From: a virus | Strand: one strand, 5' to 3' | DNA length: 64,000 nucleotides | Virus record (IMG/VR): IMGVR_UViG_3300032285_001029 | Location: 77,856 to 141,855 of that record | Shown here: in pieces, positions 1-10,041 of the stretch | Position numbering within the stretch: position 1 is the stretch's first letter | Layout: every line of letters starts with the position of its first letter | Position numbers and translations under genes: made by a program | Notes under the pieces: model-generated | Seen by the model: only the letters and a program-made list of their open reading frames with translations | Database searches by the model: none | What the model was told of the DNA's origin: nothing

Positions 1-657
1 CAGATCACTTCCACCAGAAGTTATAGTTTCTAATTCTAATCCGCTTAGTACTTCGTCAGCTGTTTTAAATACCCATGAACCATATACTTCTATATAGTTA
101 ACAGTTGCAGTCATCGATCCGCTGCCATTAGAAACATGGAATACAGAACCGCCTAAAATTGTGCTTACTTGTATTTTACTATTGACGCTGTCTATACTTT
201 TAACATAATAAGTTGCACCATTGACTACACTACCGAAAACTGTTCCCGTAAACACTATAGTACTACCTGCACTGATTGCAGCAACACTGTTTAGTGTAAT
301 CCAATAACCAGTAGCAGTTGTTGCAGTAGCAGTATATGCAGTGGTAGCTAAATGTGTATGAGGTATAGTTTCTTTAAAAAATAACTGGGCGTTAGAATAA
401 TCACCGCGATCGACTTCTATACCCGATTGATAGTTTAAAATTGCACTTATACCGGGACCAATCTGTCCATTATTAAGTGTGAATATATTATTGCTAATAT
501 TGATATTAGTAGATTCAACATTTGTTGACACACCTTTAACATCAAGATTACCAAGAATATAAACTGTTCCACCATAGTGCAGATCCAACGTGATGTTGCC
601 ATCAGGCTGGACCTGTATTCTATAGTTGTCGTCGTCGACTTTTAAAACTCTTGTCAT
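1..657 (-). CDS. Virion structural protein, runs off the left edge of the window (not in ORF track)
   Basis: ATG at 657 begins MTRVLKVDDDNYRIQVQPDGNITLDLHYGGTVYILGNLDVKG...SGIEVDRG. The frame appears open to position 1, is beta-rich and fibre-like, and lies 6 nt downstream of the preceding gene. Confidence 0.75.
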   Translation of the reverse strand, partial: MTRVLKVDDDNYRIQVQPDGNITLDLHYGGTVYILGNLDVKGVSTNVESTNINISNNIFTLNNGQIGPGISAILNYQSGIEVDRGDYSNAQLFFKETIPHTHLATTAYTATATTATGYWITLNSVAAISAGSTIVFTGTVFGSVVNGATYYVKSIDSVNSKIQVSTILGGSVFHVSNGSGSMTATVNYIEVYGSWVFKTADEVLSGLELETITSGGSDL

Positions 658-663
658 TGTATA

Positions 664-1956
664 TTATTGACTTTGTGTAGTTTCTAAACGAACACCGGCT
701 GAATTACTGTCTGGACGGGGAATCTCAGCACCACTGTTACCCCATCTTACTAATTGTCCGCGTGGGTACACATTTGGATCAGCAAATATTCCTAGACTTG
801 GATTTTTACGAACTACTATGCACTTATGTGCTGTAACTTTAGTTACCCAGTATTCGTGATCGTCATCGTCCCAAGCTGTTAAACTTGCTTGACCTAGTGC
901 TGCAGGAGCGTGTGCATATAATCTTGCACTGACTACACTACCAACAGCAGCTTTTAAAATATATGTTCGTGTACCACGTTGTCTAATAACATCAGTATCT
1001 CGAACTTGGCCGTTAATATATGATTTGAATAACAAAGTATATCTTGAACTAGAGCTGCCACCGACATTAGTATCAGTAGTATTCCAATCAAACCCATCGA
1101 TCGATGCGTTACCTGTTGCAAATGCAATAGTAGTATCTTGGCGTACATAACCACGATTACGATTTGCACCTGTTCCATTTAATACATCAATGCTTAATAC
1201 TCTATATGTTGTGTTGACTGTTAAACCTGTACCTTCTGTAGAAGTTGTTACAACTGATGTAATATCTCCTGGCAATGCTGTGTAGTTACCACGATTTGTA
1301 ATGTTAAGTGTTTTAGCAGTCCACTGACCATCTAAATTAATAGTTAACCCTGCTGCTGCTCCACTGTTTGTAGTTGTTAGTATACCTGTTGGCAATACTG
1401 TATAACTACCTGCGTTAGATAATGTTAATTGTGTTACACGGCCATAAGGAGCAGTTGTACCACCTGCACCAACATTAAGACCTGTTACTGTAAAAACAGC
1501 AGCTTGACTAAACGTACCGCCTTGTACTGTGATTGTGTCGCCGATACCATAACCTTGTGCGCCAGTTCCACCAACGACTACAATGCCTACACCGCCTGGC
1601 GTTGAGTATGCACCGTCAAATGTTGTGCTGTTGTTGCCATGTACACCTGCTGTTGCAAGAGTATATGTAGCTTGTATTCCTGTTCCACCAGTAGCTGTGA
1701 TAATGCTAGACATGGTGTAACCTTTGCTGTTTACCTGTTCTTGTGGAGCTGCTGCGCTAACTTCCATGTGTACACGATAAGTTGCTGCTACCCCAGCTGG
1801 CAATTGTGGAGCTGTTATGTTTAGTGCTGGAATAGCAGTATAACCGCTACCTTTACTGTCGACATAAATGTCAGTGATTGTAATGCCGCCTTCGTTTGGT
1901 AATACACCGTTTTCGTTTCTATTACCAAAGTATAATGATTTAATTGGACGTCCCAT
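664..1956 (-). CDS. Virion structural (decoration/fibre-like) protein downstream of MCP
   Basis: ORF track starts at 2025, but ATG at 1956 (MGRPIKSLYFG) has an AGGAGA SD. G/T-rich with GSGY/GSY beta-repeats like those in the giant baseplate protein. Confidence 0.7.
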   Translation of the reverse strand: MGRPIKSLYFGNRNENGVLPNEGGITITDIYVDSKGSGYTAIPALNITAPQLPAGVAATYRVHMEVSAAAPQEQVNSKGYTMSSIITATGGTGIQATYTLATAGVHGNNSTTFDGAYSTPGGVGIVVVGGTGAQGYGIGDTITVQGGTFSQAAVFTVTGLNVGAGGTTAPYGRVTQLTLSNAGSYTVLPTGILTTTNSGAAAGLTINLDGQWTAKTLNITNRGNYTALPGDITSVVTTSTEGTGLTVNTTYRVLSIDVLNGTGANRNRGYVRQDTTIAFATGNASIDGFDWNTTDTNVGGSSSSRYTLLFKSYINGQVRDTDVIRQRGTRTYILKAAVGSVVSARLYAHAPAALGQASLTAWDDDDHEYWVTKVTAHKCIVVRKNPSLGIFADPNVYPRGQLVRWGNSGAEIPRPDSNSAGVRLETTQSQ

Positions 1957-1979
1957 TTTGTTTTTCTCCTTAAGAAATA

Positions 1980-2037
1980 ATGGCGTTCTAGGCCATACGC
2001 GGTTGGATTTCCGCATAAAACTCACACCATGTGAGTC
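1980..2037 (-). promoter_or_regulatory. Structured 5' leader with three tandem hairpins
   Basis: Minus strand: GACTCAC-atggt-GTGAGTT, TATGCGG-aaatccaa-CCGCGTA, ATGGC-ctagaac-GCCAT, lying between a late promoter and the SD. Confidence 0.6.
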
Positions 2038-2046
2038 GTTACTATG

Positions 2047-2052
2047 TATTTA
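2047..2052 (-). promoter_or_regulatory. T4-like late promoter core TAAATA
   Basis: TAAATA just after the MCP terminator. The same motif precedes many structural genes and gp55 is encoded in the window. Confidence 0.65.
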
Positions 2053-2061
2053 GCTGAGATT

Positions 2062-2086
2062 AAAAAAGGGCACCGAAGTGCCCTTT
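2062..2086 (-). terminator. Rho-independent terminator after MCP
   Basis: AAAGGGCAC-TTCG-GTGCCCTTT-TTT: cUUCGg tetraloop stem with U tract. Confidence 0.92.
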
Positions 2087-2111
2087 GAATTGTTTACAAA
2101 CAAGTAATAAA

Positions 2112-3278
2112 TTACTTGAAAGAAACGTTTTGAATTGCAACTTTACCTAGGTAGTCAGCTGCGTTACCTAGAGAAGAAGCTGTGTTTGACAACTCAACAT
2201 AACCATAACGTGTCATGAATGATACGACTGGTTCGAAAGTTGACGGATCTAAAACAACACCACTGCTCATTAATGGAATGTATGGGCAATAGAATGCTGC
2301 TGCATCGCTCTCACTAGCACCTTTGTAACCGATTAGAACATCGGAACCATCTGAGCTATATGTGTTAACGTAGATCTTCATTGCACTGTTCAATGTACCA
2401 ACAAACTTAGTGTTTGTTGGAGCTTCGAAAGTACCTTCAGTTGTACGAGCAAATGCTGATGTTGTTGCGCTCTGTAGAATGGTTAAAGCAAATGGACTTA
2501 CAACTGCCCAGTTACCTGCGCCACGACGAGTACGTTGAGCGATTAGGTTAGATACACGATTGATCTGAACAGCTAATGCAGCGTGTTCGTCACCAACGAA
2601 TGTAGCAGTACCAGAAACTTGAGTTTGGTCAAAAGTTTCAATTGCTGTACCAGCCAAGCTACTTAGACTTGCTAAGATTTCTTGATCGATTTCAGCAGTA
2701 ATTTCTTGTGCCAAAGCAGCCATAACTTCTGCTTCGATGTCAATACCTTGTTGGGCTTGTGCATCTTGAGCAGCCTCGAATGTCCAACGAGCAGACAATT
2801 TACGAGTTTTAGCTTCGACTGTTTGTTTCAAGATTTGAATGCTTAGTCTATTTCCTGGCAAACCTTCTAGTGTAGCTGTTGAAGCAGCTTTACCAGTCGA
2901 GTTATTACCGGAATAGTTCTCAGCAATCTTGAATGGGCTTAATGCTTCCTCACCTGCTGCAACATTAACTGTTCCAGAAACGGAATCAGCGTAACGTACA
3001 CGCAGAGTGTGGATTTGACCTACTGGACCTGTCATAGGTTGTACACCTAGCAACTCGTTAGCAATAACGGTTGGCATAACACGACGGATCACTGGTAGAA
3101 TCACGCGATTTAATGTTGCGACGTTGCCGGCAGAAGTGGCTCCAGCTGTGCTGCTCTCTGATAGATACTTGCGAGTATTATCAAGTGTTACAGACATTAC
3201 TGATTTTTTAGTGCCTTGTAGGCCTTCTAAAAGTGCATCTTTGGTTTCTGCCCAACGGCTTGTTAGTAGTTCTGACAT
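2112..3278 (-). CDS. gp23: Major capsid protein (T4 gp23 family)
   Basis: Motifs VQPMTGPVGQI, VEAKTRKLSARWTFEAAQD, EITAEIDQE, FYCPYIPL, FMTRYG. AGGAG SD. Putative protease site YLSE near the N-terminus. Confidence 0.97.
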   Translation of the reverse strand: MSELLTSRWAETKDALLEGLQGTKKSVMSVTLDNTRKYLSESSTAGATSAGNVATLNRVILPVIRRVMPTVIANELLGVQPMTGPVGQIHTLRVRYADSVSGTVNVAAGEEALSPFKIAENYSGNNSTGKAASTATLEGLPGNRLSIQILKQTVEAKTRKLSARWTFEAAQDAQAQQGIDIEAEVMAALAQEITAEIDQEILASLSSLAGTAIETFDQTQVSGTATFVGDEHAALAVQINRVSNLIAQRTRRGAGNWAVVSPFALTILQSATTSAFARTTEGTFEAPTNTKFVGTLNSAMKIYVNTYSSDGSDVLIGYKGASESDAAAFYCPYIPLMSSGVVLDPSTFEPVVSFMTRYGYVELSNTASSLGNAADYLGKVAIQNVSFK

Positions 3279-3289
3279 TTAAATTCTCC

Positions 3290-4393
3290 TTAAATTTTTA
3301 GTCCAGCAAGGCGTCTAATATCTACGATATTATTGTCATTACCTTCGCTGCTACGGTTGCTGTTGGAAATTATTTCTTTATTTCCTGTTATTTCTTTAGC
3401 CTCTACAAGTGCCTGTCTCTTCTGCGGAGCTTTGCCAGCAACTACTGCTGGTAGATACTTTTCAAAACTTTCAGTAAGTTTTGAAGTTTTCACACTCTCC
3501 ATTAACTCTCCCATGATTTCACGTTGATCCGAACTTAACGGAGCAAGTAGTTCACTCATGATTGCTTTTCTTTCTTGCGATTCTTTTAGTTTCGCAACTT
3601 CTGCTTGTTTACTTTCTAGTATTTGTTTAGCTTCTTCTTCTGCCTGTTTGGCTTCTTGAATCGCTAAATCTTTCAAGTCTATGACTTTGAGTAATTTTGC
3701 AGTTTCTGATTTTTCATTTAGATAGCTACTTTGGTATTCGTTAGCGAATGCTTCAAATAGTTTTCTTCCGAAATCATTACGACGAGCAGCATCAATATCT
3801 TCTTTCAATCCGTGTAGTTCAGAACGTAGTCCTTCACTAACCAATTGATCGACTCTAATAGCGGCACGTTTTACAAATTGTTGTTTTGTTTCTTGAAGTT
3901 GCTTACGCCCTTCACGAATCAATTTAACCTTAGTTTCTGCTAAGTCTTTCTTATCTTCATAGAACTCTGCAATTTCACTGGCAAGAGCCTCAATTACGAA
4001 TTGTTCTAGTTTGCCGAATTTGTTAGCCATCTGCATTTGATCTTCGTGTAGTTCACGAATTTCAGATGCTAGTTGACGTGTTACAAATGCATTAGCTACA
4101 TTACTAGCTTCTGCAATTTTCTTAGCGTATTTCACTTTCATTTCTGATAGTGATTTACGATCTTCTGCGAACTCAACGATTTCTTTGCTTAGTTGATCAC
4201 TGACCATACGATCAATTGCTTCAACCATAACACTTCTATCATGCTCATATTTCTGAGCGAACTCTTCGCGCAATTGTGCAGTTGCTAGTTCACGATTCTC
4301 ATTGATCTTCGATTCCCAAGCTTGCTCAATTGACTCTTTGATGTCAGCTGAAATCACATTGTTTTCGAATAATTGTTTTAATGCATCCAACAT
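3290..4393 (-). CDS. Prohead core scaffolding protein (gp22-like)
   Basis: Charged coiled-coil protein between protease and MCP; C-terminal IRRLAGL motif. Confidence 0.85.
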   Translation of the reverse strand: MLDALKQLFENNVISADIKESIEQAWESKINENRELATAQLREEFAQKYEHDRSVMVEAIDRMVSDQLSKEIVEFAEDRKSLSEMKVKYAKKIAEASNVANAFVTRQLASEIRELHEDQMQMANKFGKLEQFVIEALASEIAEFYEDKKDLAETKVKLIREGRKQLQETKQQFVKRAAIRVDQLVSEGLRSELHGLKEDIDAARRNDFGRKLFEAFANEYQSSYLNEKSETAKLLKVIDLKDLAIQEAKQAEEEAKQILESKQAEVAKLKESQERKAIMSELLAPLSSDQREIMGELMESVKTSKLTESFEKYLPAVVAGKAPQKRQALVEAKEITGNKEIISNSNRSSEGNDNNIVDIRRLAGLKI

Positions 4394-4406
4394 GTGATTC
4401 TCCTTA

Positions 4407-5033
4407 TTATTGGAGTTTGCTTATTATTCCTAATAAGCTCTCTTTGAGATACTTCTGTGCTTTAGGATCATCCTTAACCTCTTGCGCTATACGCAAGGCA
4501 TTATAACCACCACGACTATTCATCAAGTGTTCATAAATTGGTGTAGGATATGCTCCTGGAGCACTAGGTTGAGCTACCATATCTACTGTGATAATCTCAA
4601 AATCTGATACTTCACCGGAACCGTCCTCACGAACATTCCCGGATCCGCGACTGGAAACTCCTAACTTAACTCCGCTTTCTAGCATTGTACGGATTAGTTG
4701 TCCCATTGGTGTAGGTAAAATTTTCATCTTACCATAACCGTTTGGACCGTCCATCCACATATTAACTATCATGTGTGATACACGATCCAAGTTGATTTTT
4801 AGGTCGTCTGGATGATCCACCTCTCCAAGTACGCTATAACCATTTTGAATCTGATCGTTCAGAGTCTTAACAGCCTTGCTAATCTCGCTCACAGGATATA
4901 CTCTCTGGTTAGCGTTACGGATACCGCCCTGTATACAAATACCACTTAGATACAGACTTTTTCCGTCTTTCTCATCACTTTCGATGAGTATTTTAGCTTG
5001 GTCGAAACTTAAATTTTCGCGTAAGTGGAGCAT
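4407..5033 (-). CDS. gp21: Prohead protease (T4 gp21 family)
   Basis: NANQRVYP, GEVDHP, LGVSSRGSG, DMVAQPSAPGA motifs. Confidence 0.95.
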   Translation of the reverse strand: MLHLRENLSFDQAKILIESDEKDGKSLYLSGICIQGGIRNANQRVYPVSEISKAVKTLNDQIQNGYSVLGEVDHPDDLKINLDRVSHMIVNMWMDGPNGYGKMKILPTPMGQLIRTMLESGVKLGVSSRGSGNVREDGSGEVSDFEIITVDMVAQPSAPGAYPTPIYEHLMNSRGGYNALRIAQEVKDDPKAQKYLKESLLGIISKLQ

Positions 5034-5046
5034 CTATTTGCCCTAA

Positions 5047-5934
5047 TTAACGAACACGCTTGCCACCGATTAAGCTTGACTTGTCAACGCTTCCGGTGTT
5101 CTTTTCGCCAGTACCTGCGCCTACTAGGCCGCCTTCTGCTGGTCCTTTCTTCTCTGGTCCATGTCCAGGCTCTTTCTTCTTAAACGCTGTTTTACCAGCA
5201 TTTCCGCCTACTACGTTGATGTTACCAGTGTTCATATCTTGTGTTTTTGGACTTGCTAAACCACCTTGTGTTCCGCCAGTTCCGCCTTGACCGCCACGAG
5301 CGATATTAGCAGTTGTTCCACCCATATTGTTTGGACCAGCTACTGGACTTTTAGTGTTAGCACCATTGTCACCATGCTTTGGCATAGCTACTTTTTCCAA
5401 TGTTGAACCTTCGAAAACACCGTGATGTACGTGATGAACTACTTTACCACTGCCTTCCATCTCTGGTTCAGCATCCATAGAATCCATTCCATCCATGTTG
5501 GTTTCCATTTCCATCTCGTCGTCACCCATGTCGTCCATGCCGCCCATGTGATCTTCGCCTTCTTCGCCGGCCATTAGTTGTTCAAATTCTGCTTTTAATT
5601 CTTCTAGAGCATCTTCTAGATCCATAACACGATCTTCGATGTCTTCGTCACCTTCGTCTTCGCTATCGTTGTCTTCAGCGTCATCAACAAAGTCGTCGCC
5701 TGCGTCGCCTCCGAAGTCGTCGTCACTACCTTCTTCTTCCTCTTCGCCTTCTTCTTCCTCTTCTTCCTCTTCGCCTTCTTCTTCTTCTTCGGCGCCGAAG
5801 TCGCTTTCTAATAATTCTTCGTAAATTTCACGAGATTTTGCTACTACGATGTTATGAAAAATCTCTTCTGCTTTTTCTTGATCTTCATTGATCAAAGCCT
5901 CAAGCATGGCTTCAAATTGTGCGCGATCAGTCAT
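5047..5934 (-). CDS. Highly acidic prohead core protein (gp67/68-like position)
   Basis: Glu/Asp-rich N-half and Gly-rich basic C-half; between portal and protease; GGAG SD and late promoter. Confidence 0.65.
   Translation of the reverse strand: MTDRAQFEAMLEALINEDQEKAEEIFHNIVVAKSREIYEELLESDFGAEEEEEGEEEEEEEEGEEEEEGSDDDFGGDAGDDFVDDAEDNDSEDEGDEDIEDRVMDLEDALEELKAEFEQLMAGEEGEDHMGGMDDMGDDEMEMETNMDGMDSMDAEPEMEGSGKVVHHVHHGVFEGSTLEKVAMPKHGDNGANTKSPVAGPNNMGGTTANIARGGQGGTGGTQGGLASPKTQDMNTGNINVVGGNAGKTAFKKKEPGHGPEKKGPAEGGLVGAGTGEKNTGSVDKSSLIGGKRVR
5730..5790. repeat. Poly-Glu coding low-complexity repeat
   Basis: Repeated TTCTTCCTCTTCGCC-like units encoding EEEEEG blocks. Confidence 0.8.
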
Positions 5935-5971
5935 TGTTTATTCTCCTGTGATATGATACAAGGCTGTAAGA

Positions 5972-5977
5972 TATTTA
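5972..5977 (-). promoter_or_regulatory. Late promoter TAAATA for core/protease/scaffold/MCP genes
   Basis: TAAATA about 38 nt upstream of the ATG at 5934. Confidence 0.65.
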
Positions 5978-6041
5978 CTATTAACCGATGAAAAGTACCT
6001 GAATATGCCGTAAAAACGACATATTTTTTTGAAATTTAAAA

Positions 6042-6290
6042 TTAAACAGCACCGACGGGTGCAGGTGGAGGTGTGAAATACATATTATGGATAAAGTCGA
6101 GCTCCTGTTCTTGTTCCAAAATATGAGCTTCGCTGGCTTTGCGTAGCTCGTTTATCTGTTGTAAACTAAGTCTAGTTTTACGTGTATCTGTATTCGAAAT
6201 TATAGAGTTATCGCGCTGAGGTTCGTATCGCAAATCATTTGCTACACGTCTAGTATCCTGATCAATATAAAATAATTCTCTAAGTATCAT
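6042..6290 (-). CDS. Small head-module protein, function unknown
   Basis: 82-aa ORF directly after portal, with TATAAATA immediately upstream. Confidence 0.7.
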   Translation of the reverse strand: MILRELFYIDQDTRRVANDLRYEPQRDNSIISNTDTRKTRLSLQQINELRKASEAHILEQEQELDFIHNMYFTPPPAPVGAV

Positions 6291-6295
6291 ATCAA

Positions 6296-6303
6296 TATTT
6301 ATA
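6296..6303 (-). promoter_or_regulatory. Late promoter TATAAATA overlapping the portal stop codon
   Basis: Full T4 consensus ending 5 nt before the ATG at 6290. Confidence 0.6.
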
Positions 6304-8035
6304 CAACTGGAGCAGTTGGAGCACCCATTGGCACTGCAGGAGCAGCACCTGCACCCATTTCTCCGGTATCTACTTGATCTTCCATGCCTTCTGGTGCCGA
6401 TAGATCTTCTGTATCGGTTATATCGCTTTCAAGACCCGCTGCGCTAATACCTGCACTTCTAAGTTCTCCACTGGCATCTGTGTGTGTTGGGATACCTTTT
6501 CCGGATTCCTCACTCCACATGCGTTCGTTTTCTGCAACTTCCTCGTCTGTTAGGCCTAAAAAGCGTTTTAATGCAAAACGTTTTGACATATATGGAACTG
6601 CTTGAATTGTGTTGAAAGTATTAATTCTTTCTGCATCTAGGCTAGCTTGACGACTGCTAGCAAAGTTTAATGGAGGATTAAAGCGTAATTCAAATAGACT
6701 TGAATCTAAATTAAGTCCTTTACCATAGAGATACATTTTAAATTCTTGGTCAAATACTTCAGTTAGTAGATTCTGTAACCGTTCGCAGTACTTGTTAAAA
6801 CGCAGTTCTTGAATATAAGCTGTTCCAACACGACCGTCATTATATGATGATTGGCTATCATCTGCACCTGTTGGCAGATAGCTGCTAGGAATACGTAAAC
6901 CACGGAATAATTTGTTAGTAAAAAACTTTAAATCATCAATTTCGCCAAGATTAGTACCGCCAGGCAATGTGTCAACTTTACTGCCACGACCTTCTGCTGT
7001 AGTAGGGAAAAAGTAATCTTCGTTGATACTTAATGGATTATATGCACTGTCAATAACGTTTTGTCCGCCGCCAGTTTGACTAGGAATTCTACGCTGATGT
7101 ATCTCATTCTTAACACGTTCCACAAAGGCCATGGCCATGTGTGCGGGCATATTACCTACATCAATATGGAACACTCTACGCTCTGGAGCACGTTGAATAC
7201 GATAGATAATGATAGCATCTTCAAGCAGTTCTTTCTGCTTGTAAGTTTTAAAAATATCTTCTAATAAACTGTTGCCAAAAGGATATAAGTTGTCTAAACC
7301 TTCGCTTAAACTTAGGTGTATAATATGTTTGGCATCGATTGCATGTTCTGTTTGGCCCAATGTAAATCGTCCGCTAGATCCAGACTGAGGAAATGCAAAA
7401 CTGCTTGAACCTGTATTTGTTCCTGAAAATCCAGCACCAGCACCACTGCTGCCCATCATCTCTTTTGGCTTTAGATTTGGTGTAATCATCGTAGCAACTA
7501 AACTATGAAAGTTTGGTGCTAGATCTTTAATTACATATTGCTCTGGACGTTTGCCATCACTTTCATTAACAATAACTTTTGTAACTTTGCTAGGATCGAC
7601 ATACATCCATTTTTGAGTTTCAGGATCTCGAATAAAAAATGCATCTCCATATTTAAAAGCATTTCTGAAGATGCGAAATATGCGTGTATCAAACTTTTGT
7701 AGTTTGTTCCACTGTTGTAAGTATTCGCCTAATATACGAATTTCACTATTAGTTGCTTTGTGTCTCCAATGGACACTAAAGGCAGTTTTGCCATCTTTAT
7801 TCTTTTGTGTGCAAAATTCAGCTAAGATGTCTAATGCTGCATTAACTTCTGGATCGCTGTCCATTGTTTCATACTGCATGTATCTTTCAATTCGATTAGG
7901 AGCACCAGCATATACATCCGGCAGATAACTTGAATAGTTTGACTTAGCAGGACCTGGCTTGCTAGTATTAGCATAGCCACTAATTGGGCTTACATTGCTA
8001 GTTTTTACTGGTGAAAAGTATTTTTTCCAAGACAT
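6299..8035 (-). CDS. gp20: Portal protein (T4 gp20 family)
   Basis: LLEDAIIIYRIQRAPERRVFHIDVGNMP, EDYFFP, GRGSKVDTLPGGTNLGEIDD motifs. Confidence 0.97.
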   Translation of the reverse strand: MSWKKYFSPVKTSNVSPISGYANTSKPGPAKSNYSSYLPDVYAGAPNRIERYMQYETMDSDPEVNAALDILAEFCTQKNKDGKTAFSVHWRHKATNSEIRILGEYLQQWNKLQKFDTRIFRIFRNAFKYGDAFFIRDPETQKWMYVDPSKVTKVIVNESDGKRPEQYVIKDLAPNFHSLVATMITPNLKPKEMMGSSGAGAGFSGTNTGSSSFAFPQSGSSGRFTLGQTEHAIDAKHIIHLSLSEGLDNLYPFGNSLLEDIFKTYKQKELLEDAIIIYRIQRAPERRVFHIDVGNMPAHMAMAFVERVKNEIHQRRIPSQTGGGQNVIDSAYNPLSINEDYFFPTTAEGRGSKVDTLPGGTNLGEIDDLKFFTNKLFRGLRIPSSYLPTGADDSQSSYNDGRVGTAYIQELRFNKYCERLQNLLTEVFDQEFKMYLYGKGLNLDSSLFELRFNPPLNFASSRQASLDAERINTFNTIQAVPYMSKRFALKRFLGLTDEEVAENERMWSEESGKGIPTHTDASGELRSAGISAAGLESDITDTEDLSAPEGMEDQVDTGEMGAGAAPAVPMGAPTAPVV

Positions 8036-8049
8036 TGATTAAATTATCC

Positions 8050-10017
8050 TTACATGCCAGTACGACTATTTGAAACTCCAGATGCAACATGTTTTAATTG
8101 AGTAACTTGTTTATCTGCAATATTTACTAACTGGCCCATGTATGTACTTATCTGCATCATGTGTTGTTTCAAGTCATTAAGGCCGCTATTATTGTCAACT
8201 GCGGGCATTTGAATAGTTGGCGCAGGTAACGTAGGCATCGCTGTTTGAGCTGACGATATTTTGGTAGCAAACGTTTCCATCATAGGCATAAACTGACTCA
8301 TTGCCGAATTCATTTGTCCTTTAATTTGATTAATATTGATATTCTTACTTGAATCAAATATTTGAGAAAATTGATCCTTAGTTAGTACAGTTTCGCCTTT
8401 ATGAACTTTGCCAAAAAAATCATCGGGTTCAAACAGTTGCCCTGTCATACCTAATGTACCAAGTGCTCTTTCTTGTTTTCCAACATTCCGTGTAACAACT
8501 CCTGATCTCTCCTTGGGCGGCACTGCAGCTTTAGGAGCGCCAGGTGTCTCTCCACTAAGTCCTTTATAAATTTCAGACCAGATGCTTCCTTGCTCTGACA
8601 TTATGCTCTTGTTAGTATCTAATATTTTTTTCAAATCTGCTTGATGATCTCCGGCAAATTTATTAAACTGTTTAAACATAGTGTTAAATTCTACACCTGT
8701 ATCATAAATTATGTTTTTAGATGCATTAAGTGTACGTTGTAAAGCAGCATTAGGATCTTCTAATGCTGCTTTTTTCTGCTCAGCAGTTGCTTTTTCTCTC
8801 GCTATTCGAGCTTCTTCAGTTGTTTTTATTTCGCCTTGTCTAGCTGCAGTTATTTGATCATTTAATGCTAAGTTCTTAGTCATACTTTCATTGTACATTT
8901 TAAGAATAGCATTACGTTGCTCCTGAGGCATACCTGCATCACCTCTTGATGCTTGCTGAACTAGTCTTAAAAATTCAGGATTAGTTATTTGTTTATTGTA
9001 TTCTTCGGTAAACTTAGCTTTGGCTTCTTCGACCCCTACTCCTGATTTAACTGCGGCACTGTATTCTTGCAATGCAATCCCAGCAGGACCTAACGCTGTA
9101 ACTAACTGTGCATCCATTTGATTTGTAATAGCACCGCCAGTTTCTTGTAAATGCAAACCAAGATCTGTTATAGATTCTCCAAACTGACTCATGTTTGCCA
9201 TGCTTTGTATTGCTCGCTGTTGTTGATCTTTATCTAATCCTGCTAAGTAGGCACTTACGTCGGCTTTTGCCAGCTCCTTCTTCAATCCTTCTTCAACTTG
9301 TTTCCTACTCATACCTGTTGCTCGGGACAGGTCGTCGATTTGTGTAGTAAGCATACCAGCCGATTCTATAAGAGCATTTTGTCCTACTGTTGTTCTAGCA
9401 TCGGCTGCTCGCATACCCATTGTTGAAATTAACAGTGCGCTGTTTAAATCTTCTGCTGATCCGCCAGCAAGTAAAAATTGATTTCCTAAATCTGATGTTT
9501 GAACATTACGAGATAATTCTAAAAATCGTTTTGAACTATCGGATGCAGTTAGTCCTAGCCCTTGAAGTTGTATAGAATTTTCTTTATTAAATCTAACATA
9601 ATCGTCCATGGTCATACGAGCACCACTGACAGAAGTTGCAAAGTCTCCTAAATTGCCACCAAAGTATGCTCCTTGATCTGCAGCTTTACTCAACGAATCA
9701 TTATAGAGATTAATTACTCCGCCACCTTTTTCCAACGCATTGGCAAAAACTCCGCCTACTACTGGGATTGCACGTAACGGTTCTGCGACTAGAGAAACAG
9801 CATCATTCAGATTGAACGTGCCAATTGTTAATTTTTGAAAAGCACCTGTTAAAGCATTAGCTGTACTTGTTACGGGTTTAAATAAATCGTCAATAAATCC
9901 AGTAACGCCACCGCCGGAACTTCTACCGCCGCCGGAGCTGCTGCCACCGGACGAACCGGATCGCGATTGATCTCTCAAAACTTGTGTTAGTTCTCGTACT
10001 TCATCTTCAAGTGCCAT
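8050..10017 (-). CDS. Probable tail tape-measure protein
   Basis: Long helical Ala/Gln-rich protein with a C-terminal HKGETVLT motif typical of TMPs; divergent from the gp26-like chaperone gene. Confidence 0.6.
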   Translation of the reverse strand: MALEDEVRELTQVLRDQSRSGSSGGSSSGGGRSSGGGVTGFIDDLFKPVTSTANALTGAFQKLTIGTFNLNDAVSLVAEPLRAIPVVGGVFANALEKGGGVINLYNDSLSKAADQGAYFGGNLGDFATSVSGARMTMDDYVRFNKENSIQLQGLGLTASDSSKRFLELSRNVQTSDLGNQFLLAGGSAEDLNSALLISTMGMRAADARTTVGQNALIESAGMLTTQIDDLSRATGMSRKQVEEGLKKELAKADVSAYLAGLDKDQQQRAIQSMANMSQFGESITDLGLHLQETGGAITNQMDAQLVTALGPAGIALQEYSAAVKSGVGVEEAKAKFTEEYNKQITNPEFLRLVQQASRGDAGMPQEQRNAILKMYNESMTKNLALNDQITAARQGEIKTTEEARIAREKATAEQKKAALEDPNAALQRTLNASKNIIYDTGVEFNTMFKQFNKFAGDHQADLKKILDTNKSIMSEQGSIWSEIYKGLSGETPGAPKAAVPPKERSGVVTRNVGKQERALGTLGMTGQLFEPDDFFGKVHKGETVLTKDQFSQIFDSSKNININQIKGQMNSAMSQFMPMMETFATKISSAQTAMPTLPAPTIQMPAVDNNSGLNDLKQHMMQISTYMGQLVNIADKQVTQLKHVASGVSNSRTGM

Positions 10018-10041
10018 ATTTTTTAACCTGTAAAAGTAGCA

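Noticed and set aside
1957-2025. N-terminal extension of the 453-aa ORF
   Set aside because: Strong SD before ATG 1956; the extension coincides with the hairpin leader.
6002-6025. Hairpin AATATGTCGT-TTTT-ACGGCATATT as terminator
   Set aside because: AT-rich, with no U tract on the coding (minus) strand; support is too weak.
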